From contig JALRLV010000002.1 of NCBI GenBank assembly GCA_023268715.1, forward strand, positions 96,617 to 160,616: 64,000 nt of DNA, read 5' to 3'. The notes below the pieces were generated by a model. The model was not told the DNA's origin, made no database searches, and was given only the letters and a program-made list of their open reading frames with translations. Source of the stretch: Candidatus Thalassarchaeaceae archaeon. GTDB taxonomy: Archaea > Thermoplasmatota > Poseidoniia > Poseidoniales > Thalassarchaeaceae. Position numbers and translations under genes: made by a program. Shown here in pieces: positions 1-11,248 of this stretch (positions within the stretch are counted from its first letter, which is position 1; each line of letters opens with the position of its first letter).

Positions 1-1390
1 ACAGTCGCTTCATTTTGCAATCATCGACAAGGAATGGAGTTGGTTTCGTTCCAAGTCTCATAGTTCCACCCATGTGGGTTTTGGAAATTTCTGGCATGAA
101 GACAACCGCTGGATTCGGTGTGTTTTCATCAAACTCTGTAGAGTTTGCATTTTCGAGACCCAAGACATTGCGACAGAACTCTATGGTTGCAATTTGCAAA
201 CCAAGACATACTCCTAGGTAGGGTACGTTGTTTATCCGAGCATAATTTGCTGCGGCGATTTTCCCTTCAACCCCTCGGTTACCAAATCCGCCAGGAACCA
301 GAATTCCATCTGCTGCTTTTAGTAAATCCCATGCCTCATCATGCTTTTCAGTAACATAATGAGGATCTAAATCAGTTGACTCAATCCAGTCAATTACCAG
401 TTTCCTATCAACTGCATATGCGCTGTGTTGTAAGGCCTTGATAACAGAAAGATAAGAGTCAGAGAGGCCGGTATATTTGCCTACCATAGCGATGTGAACT
501 TCCTCCTCTAATCGGTCTACCTTGTCTGCCATTTCTTTCCAATCCTCAAGCATTGGTAGAGTATCTGGAACCTCAAATCCAAGATGTTCTGAGACCTTAC
601 TCAATACTGATTGTTCGTAAAGAGAGATCGGAATTTGGTAGAGGTTTGAAACATCATGCGCTGAAACAACAGCGTCTGTACCAACGTGACAGAATGCTGC
701 AAGTTTTTCCCTAGTCTCATCTTCCAATGGCACTTCTGATCTACAAACCAGGATATCTGGAATAATTCCTAGACCTCGTAGTTCTTTGACGGTATGTTGA
801 GTAGGTTTTGTCTTTTGTTCGCCAACTGGTCCCATTACTGGAACAAGGCTGACGTGAACAAAGCAAACATTATCTTGTCCAACTCTAAATTGGAATTGCC
901 TCAATGCTTCAATGAATGGAGCACTTTCGATATCACCTACAGTGCCTCCTAATTCGATTACACAAGCATCAGGAGTTTCACCCGATCCATCTGCGCTGAC
1001 GTGTGCCACACGCTCAATCCAGTCCTGAATTTCATTGGTTATGTGAGGCACAACCTGCACAGTCTTTCCGAGATAATCGCCTCTACGTTCCTTCTCAATG
1101 ACATTTGCATATACCTTACCAGTTGTGATATTATTTTCCCGAGTTAGAGCGACATCGAGGAATCGTTCGTAGTTCCCGAGATCAAGGTCAACTTCTCCAC
1201 CATCATCCAATACGAAAACTTCTCCGTGTTCGAATGGAGACATGGTCCCAGCATCGCTATTCAGATAGGGATCTATCTTTACTGAAGTTAGGCGCAGTCC
1301 TGCAGATTTCAGTAAAACTCCAATGCTTGAGGCTGTGATTCCTTTACCTAGTCCGGATAGGACTCCGCCCGTGACTACGACATACTTCAT
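1..1390 (-). CDS. pyrG: CTP synthase, N-terminal ~463 codons (C-terminus runs off the left window edge)
   Basis: Absent from the ORF track because there is no stop before the edge. The reverse complement from the ATG at 1388-1390 reads [77 protein letters not shown], the canonical CTP synthase N-terminus. An in-frame HMGGTM (glutaminase domain) lies at 59-76. Confidence 0.9.
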   Translation of the reverse strand, partial: MKYVVVTGGVLSGLGKGITASSIGVLLKSAGLRLTSVKIDPYLNSDAGTMSPFEHGEVFVLDDGGEVDLDLGNYERFLDVALTRENNITTGKVYANVIEKERRGDYLGKTVQVVPHITNEIQDWIERVAHVSADGSGETPDACVIELGGTVGDIESAPFIEALRQFQFRVGQDNVCFVHVSLVPVMGPVGEQKTKPTQHTVKELRGLGIIPDILVCRSEVPLEDETREKLAAFCHVGTDAVVSAHDVSNLYQIPISLYEQSVLSKVSEHLGFEVPDTLPMLEDWKEMADKVDRLEEEVHIAMVGKYTGLSDSYLSVIKALQHSAYAVDRKLVIDWIESTDLDPHYVTEKHDEAWDLLKAADGILVPGGFGNRGVEGKIAAANYARINNVPYLGVCLGLQIATIEFCRNVLGLENANSTEFDENTPNPAVVFMPEISKTHMGGTMRLGTKPTPFLVDDCKMKRL

Positions 1391-1511
1391 ACAATCAACG
1401 GGGTTTGAAGCCGACATGTCTCGCATATCAACATTGGCTCTATGGATTACAAAATTACTCGCAAAAGCGCCCATCTCGCAAGTCTAAGTATCGTCTGACT
1501 CCCGGGGAGTC

Positions 1512-2474
1512 ATGGTCGGTGCTACCAACTCCAGGATTTTAGTTACCGGGGCACTCGGCCAGATTGGTACTGAATTGGTTGAAGCATTGCGCGCTCGCCA
1601 TGGCGCAGATGCTGTTGTTGCTAGCGATGTGCGAGATATTCCCGATCACCCATGTGTAGTTGGAGGCCCATACAGGCATCTGAGTGTAATTGACGCCAAT
1701 GCCTTTGATGAGGTAGTAATTGAGGAATCGATTGGGACCGTATATCACTTGGCTGCTATTCTCAGCGCAACGGGAGAAAAGAATCCCGATTTATGTGAAA
1801 GAATCAATGTGGGAGGGACAGTTACCGTTTTGGAAGCTGCTCGAAAACATGGATTGAGAGTTTATGCTCCATCATCAATTGCAGTTTTTGGCCCAGATGC
1901 TCCAAAACATGCTCCTCAAGTTTGTCCACTCAACCCTACAACCATGTATGGTAAAACCAAAGTAACTGGGGAACGCTTGGCAATGAATTATTGGAAGCAA
2001 TACGGCGTTGATGTTCGAGGAATTAGATATCCGGGTTTGATTTCCTACAAGGCTCCCGCTGGTGGAGGAACTACCGATTATGCAGTAGATATCTTTCACG
2101 CCGCGCTTGAAAATGGCCACTACGATTGCTTCGTTCGGGCAGACACTCGCCTTCCAATGATGTACATGGATGATGCAATACGTGCGACTATCGCCCTGAT
2201 GGATGCTCCAGTCGAATCAATTGGTGATGCACGTGGAGGCTACAACCTTTCGGGTTGTTCATTTATGGCCGCTGAAATCGCAGATGCGGTTGCAGCAAGA
2301 GTTCCTGGATTCACTTGTGATTTTAAGCCGGATGTTAGGCAAGAGTATGCTGATTCTTGGCCCGATTCGGTTGAAGATTCTGCAGCCAAGCAGGATTGGG
2401 GGTGGAAGGCCGAGTATGATTTGGAAGCGCTTTGCGATGCAATGATTTTGGGAATTCAATCTTCATCAATCTGA
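1512..2474 (+). CDS. tdh: NAD-dependent L-threonine 3-dehydrogenase (extended SDR / GalE-like type)
   Basis: 320 aa. Contains ILVTGALGQIGTELV (Rossmann fold), YGKTK (YxxxK), and GGGTTDYAVDIFHAA and RLPMMYMDDAIRAT blocks typical of SDR-type TDH. Confidence 0.8.
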   Translation: MVGATNSRILVTGALGQIGTELVEALRARHGADAVVASDVRDIPDHPCVVGGPYRHLSVIDANAFDEVVIEESIGTVYHLAAILSATGEKNPDLCERINVGGTVTVLEAARKHGLRVYAPSSIAVFGPDAPKHAPQVCPLNPTTMYGKTKVTGERLAMNYWKQYGVDVRGIRYPGLISYKAPAGGGTTDYAVDIFHAALENGHYDCFVRADTRLPMMYMDDAIRATIALMDAPVESIGDARGGYNLSGCSFMAAEIADAVAARVPGFTCDFKPDVRQEYADSWPDSVEDSAAKQDWGWKAEYDLEALCDAMILGIQSSSI

Positions 2475-4057
2475 TTCGACCAATCGGGAGTACTCGGCTC
2501 AACATTTGCCCATAGAACATCATCTATCCGGAGTACTGTGATAGCCGCTTCCGTTGCACCAGTCAAGGCTTGACGAGCTACGAAAAGAGGGTCATGAATA
2601 CCTAATTCAGCCATATCTGCCTTTTCTCCACTCATCGCATCAAGCCCGAACCATGAACCATGTTCTACTTGTGCCGCTGAAAGGGCTAATATCTCATCGA
2701 TTGGATCAAGTCCTGCATTTTCTGCAAGCACACGAGGGATTACTTCTAGGGCGTCTGCAAACCCCTCAATCGCCAATTGCTCTCTACCTTTCTGAGTGGT
2801 AGCATAGGAACGTAAGTGGCGAGCCAAGTGAGTTTGAGTTCCTCCTCCACCAGGAAGTACCTTCGGCTCACGAACTAATCTGAACGCTACACCAAGAGCA
2901 TCATCGAAAGCTCTGCTAACCTCTTCTCGCATGGTGGATGTAGTTCCACGTAGAAGAGCCGTCATAGCACGACCTTCACCATCGATTCTAAGATACCAAG
3001 CATCGTCTATCTTTTCCGCAGCATAATTGGTGTAACTTCCTACATCCTCGGTAGACATCCGATTCGCCTCTCGAACCATCTTTGCTCCAGTAATAATCGA
3101 TAATCTTTCCAAATCTTCTCTTTCGAATCTTCGATAGGCGGTAATTCCAGCGCTTTTCAACAGCGAAACCGCCTCATCGGCTATTCCGTCTCTGACACAA
3201 AGTAGGTCAATACCCAGTGAAGATAGGCTGTCAACCTGTTCGGCTAATTTCGCCCTCTTCCTCTCTTGGAACCCGGAAAGCAGACCAGTGCTTCGAATCT
3301 CAATTTGTGCATCCAACTCTAATTCTCGATTTTCAAACCCACCATCAATTATGGCGATTTTACCACCATCAGAATGAGTCACTGTGGTAAAATCGAGTCG
3401 TTGTTTCTTCAGCATTAAGCCGTGAATGATTTCTGATTCTGCAGCTCCACCACCAGTCATCTGCAAACGCTTTACTCGAATTCTCTCAAGGTCATCACCA
3501 CCTTCTTCATTTTCCAATGCATGAGCGGCTTCAAGCGCTAAACTAGTCATTTTCTTAGCCAAGACAGTGTCGATCTTTCCAGCCATCGTTGTCGAAGTAG
3601 TAGCAATCAAATCATCATCTGAAGCATCTCTGCAAATTTCTTCCAATTGAGATAGTGATTCTTCCACCGCAATACGATATCCATTCACTATTATCGTCGG
3701 ATGAACTCCAATTCTGGATAATTCGAGTGCGTTACGCAATAGTTCTGCTGTAAGGAGGACTGAAGTTGTAGTTCCATCTCTAGCAATTCTATCCTGAGCG
3801 GAACTAGTAGCGATGAGAAGATTAGCGGTCGGGTGCTCTACCTTTGCAGTCTCAAGAACGGTAACCCCGTCGTTGGTTACGACAATCTCTCCATTCTCGT
3901 CAACTAGCATTTTGTCCGAGCCTCTAGGACCTAAGGTCGACCTCACAGCACCTGCAAGGGCGAGAGCCGCGTTGGTGTTGTTTACCAGAGCCGAGCGCCC
4001 TTCTATGCGGTCGGTATCCTCCAAAGCAACATCCTGCTCCGACTCAACCATGTGCAT
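2456..4057 (-). CDS. ths: Thermosome subunit (group II chaperonin)
   Basis: 533 aa. Contains [32 protein letters not shown] and [13 protein letters not shown]. The 3' end overlaps the tdh 3' end by 19 nt (convergent). Confidence 0.95.
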   Translation of the reverse strand: MHMVESEQDVALEDTDRIEGRSALVNNTNAALALAGAVRSTLGPRGSDKMLVDENGEIVVTNDGVTVLETAKVEHPTANLLIATSSAQDRIARDGTTTSVLLTAELLRNALELSRIGVHPTIIVNGYRIAVEESLSQLEEICRDASDDDLIATTSTTMAGKIDTVLAKKMTSLALEAAHALENEEGGDDLERIRVKRLQMTGGGAAESEIIHGLMLKKQRLDFTTVTHSDGGKIAIIDGGFENRELELDAQIEIRSTGLLSGFQERKRAKLAEQVDSLSSLGIDLLCVRDGIADEAVSLLKSAGITAYRRFEREDLERLSIITGAKMVREANRMSTEDVGSYTNYAAEKIDDAWYLRIDGEGRAMTALLRGTTSTMREEVSRAFDDALGVAFRLVREPKVLPGGGGTQTHLARHLRSYATTQKGREQLAIEGFADALEVIPRVLAENAGLDPIDEILALSAAQVEHGSWFGLDAMSGEKADMAELGIHDPLFVARQALTGATEAAITVLRIDDVLWANVEPSTPDWSNQIDED

Positions 4058-4221
4058 AGCGAATCAAAGGCTCGCTTTCAATGCGATGTTGTGTGTAAAT
4101 CGCGATGTACCCCCACGTTACCCATGCACTTGCTAGCACACAGGCGAGTGTACTATTCACCGTTTGATTCAAATAAGGCAGAATGGTCCGACTATACAAC
4201 CTCAGGTTGAGTAGTGGTATA

Positions 4222-4860
4222 ATGAGCACATCAGAAAGAGACGAATTCGAGGAGAAAATGCTCGAACAAATGGCCAAAATGTTCGCGGACATGGGTATGC
4301 CGATTGACGTCGAATTACTTCAGAATATGATGCGCCAAGTCCGCAACCAATTTGAGGAGATGGGACTCGATCCTGATCGAATGGCCTCCACTGAAATAAA
4401 GATGGGGACAGATGTAGATCCGGAAGAGTTCCGCAAGCAGATGGAATCCATGCTCAACGGCCCAGGCGGAATGGGCGAGATGTTCCGAAATATGGGCATA
4501 AAGGTACAATTTGAAGGCAATAACCCTGCCGAGGTACCAGAGATTGAGGTTGAGGAAGAAGTAACGGAAGAGCCAGATAATAATCTTCCATTAGAAGACG
4601 TATTCATCCATGAAGACAGGATGTGTATTACAGTAGACATATCCAGATTCACAGATCTCCATCAAGAAGAGGTCGAGCTTAACTTAACCAGTGGTGGTGA
4701 AATTCTGCAATTGATGAAGACCACACAAATGCGCCCTTTGAAGCGCTACACACTTCCACATTCGGCGGAGAATATTGTCGAATGGGATCTAAACAACGGA
4801 ATTCTTGATGTCAAATTCGACATCAACTCGGAAGCTACAACAGCTGACGAAAACGAATGA
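4222..4860 (+). CDS. Acidic small heat-shock-like protein (Met-rich N-terminal arm plus Hsp20/alpha-crystallin-like C-terminal domain)
   Basis: The ORF runs 4183-4860, and the ATG at 4222 (MSTSERDEF) is the likelier start. The C-terminus DVFIHEDRMCITVDISRF..EEVELNLTSGGEILQL..RYTLPHSAENIVEWDLNNGILDVKF matches the ACD strand pattern. The N-terminus is conspicuously Met-rich. The gene sits directly upstream of dnaK. Confidence 0.5.
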   Translation: MSTSERDEFEEKMLEQMAKMFADMGMPIDVELLQNMMRQVRNQFEEMGLDPDRMASTEIKMGTDVDPEEFRKQMESMLNGPGGMGEMFRNMGIKVQFEGNNPAEVPEIEVEEEVTEEPDNNLPLEDVFIHEDRMCITVDISRFTDLHQEEVELNLTSGGEILQLMKTTQMRPLKRYTLPHSAENIVEWDLNNGILDVKFDINSEATTADENE

Positions 4861-4881
4861 AATGAAAATGGAGTGAAATAA

Positions 4882-6768
4882 ATGAGCACCGCAGTAATTG
4901 GAATAGACCTTGGAACGACGAATAGTTGTGTTGCTACCTTAGAGGGTGGCAAGGCCACAGTAATACCGAACTCAGAAGGAAGCCGAACTACTCCTTCGGT
5001 AGTGGCTTTCACAAAGGACGGAGACCGCCTTGTAGGAATCACCGCAAAGAGACAAGCGGTTACCAACTCAGAACGCACAATCATGTCCGTAAAGAGAGAA
5101 ATGGGTACCGATTGGAAGCAAACAATCGGTGATGAGGAGTACACTCCTCAAGAGATTTCAGCATTCGTACTACAGAAGCTGAAAGCAGATGCTGAGGCAT
5201 ACCTCGGACAAGAGGTTACTCAGGCAGTTATTACATGTCCAGCATACTTTACCGATGCTCAGAGAAAAGCAACCCGTGACGCGGGCAGAATTGCCGGTTT
5301 AGAGGTACTACGGATAATCAACGAACCTACCGCTGCCGCACTGGCTTATGGTGTCGACAAGGATGATGACCAGACTATTTTGGTATACGACCTTGGTGGC
5401 GGTACATTCGATGTCTCGATCCTAGAAATTTACCTAGTTGACGAGCAACCCCAAATCGAAGTAAAGGCAACCAGCGGAGATAATAGATTGGGCGGTGACG
5501 ACTTCGACGAGGTAGTCATCGAGTGGATTCTATCAGAATTCAAGAAGACCACTGGAATAGATTTGTCCGGCGACATGCAGGCAATGAGTCGCTTAAGAGA
5601 GGCTGCTGAGAAGGCAAAGATCGAGTTATCAGGAACTGGAACAACCCAGATTAACTTACCATTCATCACCATGCGTGATGGACAGCCGGAACATCTTGAC
5701 CTATCGCTTTCAAGGTCAAAATTCGAGGAATTAATCGCAGATTTAATTGAACGAACAATGGCTCCTACTCGTCAAGCGATGAAGGATGCAGGCGTCTCAA
5801 AGGGAGAGGTCGACAAAGTCATTCTAGTAGGAGGCTCAACACGCGTTCCTGCAGTACAAACTGCGATTGAGAAGGAAGTAGGCAAGGCTCCATTCAAGGG
5901 CATCAACCCCGATGAGGCGGTTGCTGTAGGAGCTGCACTTCAGGCAGGAATAATCGTTGGTGATGAAGGAGTAACCGACGTCCTACTTCTTGATGTCACT
6001 CCACTTACTCTCGGAATCGAGACCCTAGGTGGTGTAACTACAATGATGATCGAGCGTAATACTACAATCCCGAGTCGCCGCTCAGAAGTATTCTCTACCG
6101 CATCTGATAACCAACCAGCTGTAGAGGTTCATGTCTTGCAAGGAGAGCGAGAGTTCTCCAAAGACAATACTACACTGGGAAGATTCCATCTAATGGGTAT
6201 CCCGCCAGCTCCTCGCGGAATTCCACAGATTGAGGTGACCTTCGATATTGATGCAAATGGAATTGTGAATGTATCGGCCAAGGATCTCGGTACAGGGACC
6301 GAACAATCGATTAAGATTGAAAGTCAAACTTCTTTATCTGAAGATGAGATTCAATCAAAGATTGCAGAGGCCGAGGAATTTGCAGAGGAAGACAAGCGCC
6401 GTAAGGCTAGAGTGGACCTACGCAACCAGGCAGATAGTATCGTTTACCAAACTCGAAAGATGATGGAGGATTCAGGAGAGAAGTTGTCTGACGATGACAA
6501 GGCTCCTGTGAATGAGAAATTGGATGAACTTGAAGCCCTGATTATGGATGAAGATCAGCCTATTGATTTCGAAGAACTTGACGAGGCTGCAATTCAAGCC
6601 AAGATGGGTGAATTGGAAGAGGTCATGCACGGTGTCTCCACCAAACTATACGAGGCTGCTGCTGCGGAAATGGCTGAACAACAGGCTGCTAACGAAGCAG
6701 CTGCCGATGGCGATGGTGTCGTCGAAGCAGACTTTGAAGTGGTCGATGGCGACGATGCCGACGAGTGA
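4882..6768 (+). CDS. dnaK: Hsp70 chaperone DnaK
   Basis: 628 aa. Contains [25 protein letters not shown] and [13 protein letters not shown], with an acidic C-terminal tail. Confidence 0.97.
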   Translation: MSTAVIGIDLGTTNSCVATLEGGKATVIPNSEGSRTTPSVVAFTKDGDRLVGITAKRQAVTNSERTIMSVKREMGTDWKQTIGDEEYTPQEISAFVLQKLKADAEAYLGQEVTQAVITCPAYFTDAQRKATRDAGRIAGLEVLRIINEPTAAALAYGVDKDDDQTILVYDLGGGTFDVSILEIYLVDEQPQIEVKATSGDNRLGGDDFDEVVIEWILSEFKKTTGIDLSGDMQAMSRLREAAEKAKIELSGTGTTQINLPFITMRDGQPEHLDLSLSRSKFEELIADLIERTMAPTRQAMKDAGVSKGEVDKVILVGGSTRVPAVQTAIEKEVGKAPFKGINPDEAVAVGAALQAGIIVGDEGVTDVLLLDVTPLTLGIETLGGVTTMMIERNTTIPSRRSEVFSTASDNQPAVEVHVLQGEREFSKDNTTLGRFHLMGIPPAPRGIPQIEVTFDIDANGIVNVSAKDLGTGTEQSIKIESQTSLSEDEIQSKIAEAEEFAEEDKRRKARVDLRNQADSIVYQTRKMMEDSGEKLSDDDKAPVNEKLDELEALIMDEDQPIDFEELDEAAIQAKMGELEEVMHGVSTKLYEAAAAEMAEQQAANEAAADGDGVVEADFEVVDGDDADE

Positions 6769-6769
6769 A

Positions 6770-8311
6770 TCATCCCTGAGTAATCAAGTGATGCAAGGTT
6801 CGCACGTGAACCCCCGTTCCCCCGTGAGCGACGCATGCGTTGGTGTCTACATTCCAAGCGGTTCCTGCTATGTCTAGATGAGCCCATGGAATTTCTGACT
6901 TATCGCCATTTTCGTCCTCTCGATCCTGAATGAATTGCTTGAGGAAAGCGGCTGCGGTATTGGCCCCGCCATAACGTCCCTTACCGCCATTTCTGACATC
7001 TGCAAATTTGGAACTGGTCATTTCCTTCTCAAAGGCAGGTAGAAGTGGCATAGGCCAAGCCAATTCGTCTACTGAATTACCGGCTTGATGAATACGTTCT
7101 CTCAAGTTGTCATCATTAGACCAAAGTCCAGAAGCCTCTTGTCCCAAAGCAACAACACAAGCCCCTGTTAAGGTAGCAAGATCAACAATGTATGAGGGGT
7201 TTAGTTCAGCCGCCTTCCAAAGTCCATCAGACAGTACATTTCGACCCTCTGCATCGGTGCTAAAAATTTCAATCGTCTTTCCTGAATATGTATCAATAAC
7301 ATCTCCTGGTCTGTAGGCTTCTGCGCTAGGCATATTTTCGGCCATACAGGTGATTCCATTAACTCGACCTTCATATCCCGTAGCCCAAAGTGCTTGAAAT
7401 AGTCCGAAAACGGTTGCTGAACCGTGCATATCGTACTTCATATCCCACATACCTTGACTAGGTTTAATCGAAATTCCACCTGTGTCAAAGGTGATACCTT
7501 TTCCGACAATACAAGGCACCTGCTCGCCTGATTGTACATTTGGATTTAATCGGAAGAATACCATACAGGGTTTGCGAATGCTACCTTTTCCGACAGCGAT
7601 TACACCATGCATTCCTTCCTTCTGTAGGCGTGCATAATCCCATACTTCAACCTCGACATTATCCTTGCCTTCAGCCCATTCAAGGGCTCTACGACCGAAC
7701 TCTTCAGGGTATAATCGGTTTGCTGGTTCATTTGCTAGGTCCCGACTTAGGTGAACACCAGTTGTAACAAGACTTGCTTTCTCAATTGATTCACTCAATG
7801 CTTCGAGATGGCGGTCATGTGCCTGACATTCTAATGTCCAACCTTCGTGATTATTTTCTTCGTCCTTTTTCTGATATTTATCAAACTGATAATCTCGTAG
7901 CATCATACCCTCAGCAAAAGCGGCCATGTTTTCTGTAGACCATCCCGAAGTAAATCGGATTACAATATCATTGCCTAAGTCCTTAGATAGACTCGCAAGA
8001 CACTTCGCGCCAGTATCCCGAGCGACTTTGTGAGTAAGTTTGCCTTTCTTTCCAACACCTATGAAAATAACCGTGCAGCGCTTGGTCCAAACACTGAGTG
8101 ATTCCCCAACCTTTCCAGAAATTGCATCACTTGCAGCTGCGGCCTTCACAGCAATGCTTGGCCCCCGACCGAGGCCAACAGTGGTATTGTTCGGGGCCTT
8201 ATCAAAGTCCTTGAATACAGGAATAATCATTATGTCCCCAGTTCGGTCAAAATTAGCACAACTCACCTTCATTGGTAGTGGGAAAAAGTTCCGATATACA
8301 AATAATTTCAA
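6770..8311 (-). CDS. pepA: Leucyl aminopeptidase, M17 family
   Basis: 513 aa. Contains VGKGITFDTGGISIKP and STDAEGRNVLSD (NTDAEGR-type) motifs. Internal Met codons at 8272 and 8230 are alternative starts. Confidence 0.85.
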   Translation of the reverse strand: MKLFVYRNFFPLPMKVSCANFDRTGDIMIIPVFKDFDKAPNNTTVGLGRGPSIAVKAAAASDAISGKVGESLSVWTKRCTVIFIGVGKKGKLTHKVARDTGAKCLASLSKDLGNDIVIRFTSGWSTENMAAFAEGMMLRDYQFDKYQKKDEENNHEGWTLECQAHDRHLEALSESIEKASLVTTGVHLSRDLANEPANRLYPEEFGRRALEWAEGKDNVEVEVWDYARLQKEGMHGVIAVGKGSIRKPCMVFFRLNPNVQSGEQVPCIVGKGITFDTGGISIKPSQGMWDMKYDMHGSATVFGLFQALWATGYEGRVNGITCMAENMPSAEAYRPGDVIDTYSGKTIEIFSTDAEGRNVLSDGLWKAAELNPSYIVDLATLTGACVVALGQEASGLWSNDDNLRERIHQAGNSVDELAWPMPLLPAFEKEMTSSKFADVRNGGKGRYGGANTAAAFLKQFIQDREDENGDKSEIPWAHLDIAGTAWNVDTNACVAHGGTGVHVRTLHHLITQG

Positions 8312-8363
8312 AAGAAATTCTTAATTTCAATGGGTTTTTTTGAAGCGAAAAGTCATTTTTCAC

Positions 8364-9731
8364 TCAAAAATCAATATTTTTTCTTCTTCCTGCAAAAGCC
8401 GCCAATAGTATCGAAAATAGGTGAATAAACATAGAGGGAGCGGGTAGTAATCCTTCTTTAATCTTCGAGATTTCTACTACAGAGTCGTCAATATTTTCTT
8501 CTACCCATTGACTAGCATCGATTACTCTCTTTTGGTAGTATATACTCCAGTTTCCATCCTCGATTATGGTCAGATTTTGAGCGTCTAAGGTGATCTTGGT
8601 TTGATTAGTAGCGTTTACTCCAAATAGGGATGAATTCCATAGCACTCGGCCACTTGAATCAGAATATTGTAAGGTGATATTTGACGTACTCGCTCTTCCA
8701 AGATTTACTACATGAGCATCGATTTCATTACCATTTATCTCGATGCTTTCCACAACCAGCCGAGCACGCCAATACCAAACATTCTCGATGAGATAAATCA
8801 TTACATCGAGTTCTTCACCGAGCCTTTGGGATAGCGGCTCTATGGTTCCAAGGAGGAATTGCTCGTCATCAGTCTCGAAGGTGAAGGTCGGATAACCCAT
8901 TACTCCATATCCATAATCACGACTGGTTCCACAATTAGGGTATAGTCCTTGGTTAGCGTTACGAATAGGGATATCTGAAATGTTTGAATTTACTTCATCT
9001 CTAATGTGATGATACATTTCCCAATCCGATGGCTGTTCTGGCCATTTACCCCACGGATAGAGCATGATCCAAACACCGGTATGCATGGTGATGTATAGGT
9101 CGGCATGGGGAACAACTTCATTCATGTAGATCGAATTTGCCAAAGTTTCAGATTCGCTAAAGGCACTACTTCCAGGTTGGGTAGTAGGGCAGGTATTCCA
9201 ATAGTGGTCGTAATTTCTGTTGAGGTCAACTTGATTGATATTCCATCTTGTATCGAAGTCATTACCATCCGCATTTAGCATAATCAGAATATGTAGTTCA
9301 GTATTGGCTAATACATCGAGAACGTCCTGTTGTCCGTTAGCCCAACCTTCGATGTAATACTCAGCAACTAGGAATGCGAGCTCGGTTCCAAGATGTTCGT
9401 TACCATGATGTCCTCCATCGATGTAAACAACGTCTTTTTCGCTTCCATCGGGTTTGGTTTCTTGACTCCAATCAGAAATTTGTAACATCCAAAGATTCCT
9501 TCCCATCTCTGTTTGACCCACGACTAGAAGATTGACGACTTCCGGGTAGTCATCCGCCCATTCGTTTACGTCTAGGGTTAGAGTTGCGTAGGAATGATAC
9601 CAATGCTCTTGGATAATGTCCGGTTGACCAATCTGTGCGGTAGCCGTAGGTGAGGTTGATACAGCGAGCATTGATGCTACAATCAATACTGTCAGCCAGC
9701 GGCGCATGCGCCGCTGTAGAGGTGATTGCAT
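8364..9731 (-). CDS. Secreted, membrane-anchored M14 zinc carboxypeptidase
   Basis: 455 aa. It has an N-terminal signal peptide (WLTVLIVASMLAVSTSPTATA), HHGNEHLG (HxxE zinc site), an NRNY motif, and a C-terminal TM helix followed by RRKNIDF. Confidence 0.8.
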   Translation of the reverse strand: MQSPLQRRMRRWLTVLIVASMLAVSTSPTATAQIGQPDIIQEHWYHSYATLTLDVNEWADDYPEVVNLLVVGQTEMGRNLWMLQISDWSQETKPDGSEKDVVYIDGGHHGNEHLGTELAFLVAEYYIEGWANGQQDVLDVLANTELHILIMLNADGNDFDTRWNINQVDLNRNYDHYWNTCPTTQPGSSAFSESETLANSIYMNEVVPHADLYITMHTGVWIMLYPWGKWPEQPSDWEMYHHIRDEVNSNISDIPIRNANQGLYPNCGTSRDYGYGVMGYPTFTFETDDEQFLLGTIEPLSQRLGEELDVMIYLIENVWYWRARLVVESIEINGNEIDAHVVNLGRASTSNITLQYSDSSGRVLWNSSLFGVNATNQTKITLDAQNLTIIEDGNWSIYYQKRVIDASQWVEENIDDSVVEISKIKEGLLPAPSMFIHLFSILLAAFAGRRKNIDF

Positions 9732-9766
9732 AGAATCATTCCTATGATAAATTTACAAAATCTGAA

Positions 9767-10684
9767 TCAAATCTGATTGGCAATATGTGCAGCAATAATC
9801 TTCGTTGCGATTAATGCTGCATTGAATTGCGTTACACGATCATCGCCGGGAGCAATTTCATTCACATCGGCTCCAATTATCTCAGCACTGCTGGCAAATA
9901 GCCCCTCGATAATTTCCACCGCGCCCCAATGAGTCAGACCACCGGGAACAGGTGTGCCTGTATCGGGAACCAATGAACCATCTAATCCATCTATATCAAA
10001 AGTCAACCAAATAGGTCCACTCAATTGGCTAATTCTTTCAATTAGAGAGTTCCAAATAGTCATTCCAGCAGAAGGACTGAAGAGGTTTTGAGCATAGAAC
10101 GTCTCAATTCGATCATCGTTTTCCACAAACCTTGCTTCGTCGAGTGAGTATGCCCGAATTCCAATCTGCAAAAGACTGCCGATTCCACAATCCAAAGCTC
10201 GCCTTGCAGCCGTACCATGGCTGAATCGCTCACCATTAAGCGAATCTCTAAGGTCAGCATGAGCATCGATTTGAACTATTGTGAGTTTGGCCAGATCACC
10301 GGTGACAGCGGGGTGATTCTGCAGAGCTTCCACTACTGGTGGTAACAACCCATGCTCTCCACCTAGAACAATAGGAAATTGTTCAGAGTTAAACCACGGA
10401 ACAAGATAATCCCGAATAGAATCTAGTTGTTCCCTTAGGGTCCCTGCCTCAGAACTCCAAGGCTGGGCTGTATGAAATGCTAGCCCACAAGGTAATTCCT
10501 CTTCCAATAGTGGGTCGTATAATTCGACCTGCGAACTCGCCTCGATAGCGGCCGCAGGTCCATGTTCAGTCCCCTCACCCCAACTAGTTGTCATCTCAAA
10601 CGGAATGGGAAGGATCACCACATCCCATGGCCCTTCTTTTGACTCTGATATCCCAAGGAAGGTTGGGTTAGCCTCACCGTCCAT
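9767..10684 (-). CDS. speB: Agmatinase / ureohydrolase family
   Basis: 305 aa. Contains GGEHG, QIDAHADLR and LTFDIDGLD Mn-binding motifs. Confidence 0.85.
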   Translation of the reverse strand: MDGEANPTFLGISESKEGPWDVVILPIPFEMTTSWGEGTEHGPAAAIEASSQVELYDPLLEEELPCGLAFHTAQPWSSEAGTLREQLDSIRDYLVPWFNSEQFPIVLGGEHGLLPPVVEALQNHPAVTGDLAKLTIVQIDAHADLRDSLNGERFSHGTAARRALDCGIGSLLQIGIRAYSLDEARFVENDDRIETFYAQNLFSPSAGMTIWNSLIERISQLSGPIWLTFDIDGLDGSLVPDTGTPVPGGLTHWGAVEIIEGLFASSAEIIGADVNEIAPGDDRVTQFNAALIATKIIAAHIANQI

Positions 10685-10805
10685 GCGTTGTGCCGAGTCA
10701 TTATTCGATTAACCACTTCGGGTCTAATCCGCATGAATCGTGGACTCGATGTGCGATTGTTGATAAAGAACGGGCTTCCATATTCTACCACAGGAGGGAG
10801 ACGCG

Positions 10806-11228
10806 ATGGGTATGACACTAGCAGAGTTAACTCAGGCTATCCGCCGTAAAGTCGATTCTGAAATGGAAGTAATCGTCGCAGAATCGATTGCTGAACACGC
10901 CTTGGGTTTCTTCGGTTTCTCAAATCGTATTATCGACAATGCACTAGAACCCACAGATCGTAACCTCTTCTATCAATTACAAGACTATGAATTGCTTACT
11001 ACAGAATCTGAGGAAACAACGCTTTGGGACGGTCGCGAATGGAGAATTCACTATTGGAAATTCAAACCCGACGCTAGGGAGTTTGCTAGGAGAGCAATGT
11101 CCGAGGCTGAAAATAAGGAAGACGAAGACCCCTACGCAGGAATTTACGATGACGTCCCCACTTCTCTATGGCGAGAGAGAATGACCGATGAGGACGAGGA
11201 AGACGATTGGGAAGAACCTCTATTCTGA
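10806..11228 (+). CDS. Hypothetical acidic protein
   Basis: 140-aa ORF with coding-like composition and an acidic C-terminus. It lies 20 nt upstream of the large surface protein gene on the same strand. No recognised motif. Confidence 0.5.
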   Translation: MGMTLAELTQAIRRKVDSEMEVIVAESIAEHALGFFGFSNRIIDNALEPTDRNLFYQLQDYELLTTESEETTLWDGREWRIHYWKFKPDAREFARRAMSEAENKEDEDPYAGIYDDVPTSLWRERMTDEDEEDDWEEPLF

Positions 11229-11248
11229 GTCCAATAACCCTATCGTGA

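Noticed and set aside
15-354. Two plus-strand ORFs (15-221 and 145-354) at the left edge.
   Set aside because: They are antisense to the clearly coding pyrG frame, which is in frame with HMGGTM and the full N-terminal domain.
4183-4860. Interpretation of the gene upstream of dnaK as grpE.
   Set aside because: There is no GrpE-like C-terminal beta domain or signature. The C-terminus matches an alpha-crystallin/Hsp20 strand pattern instead.
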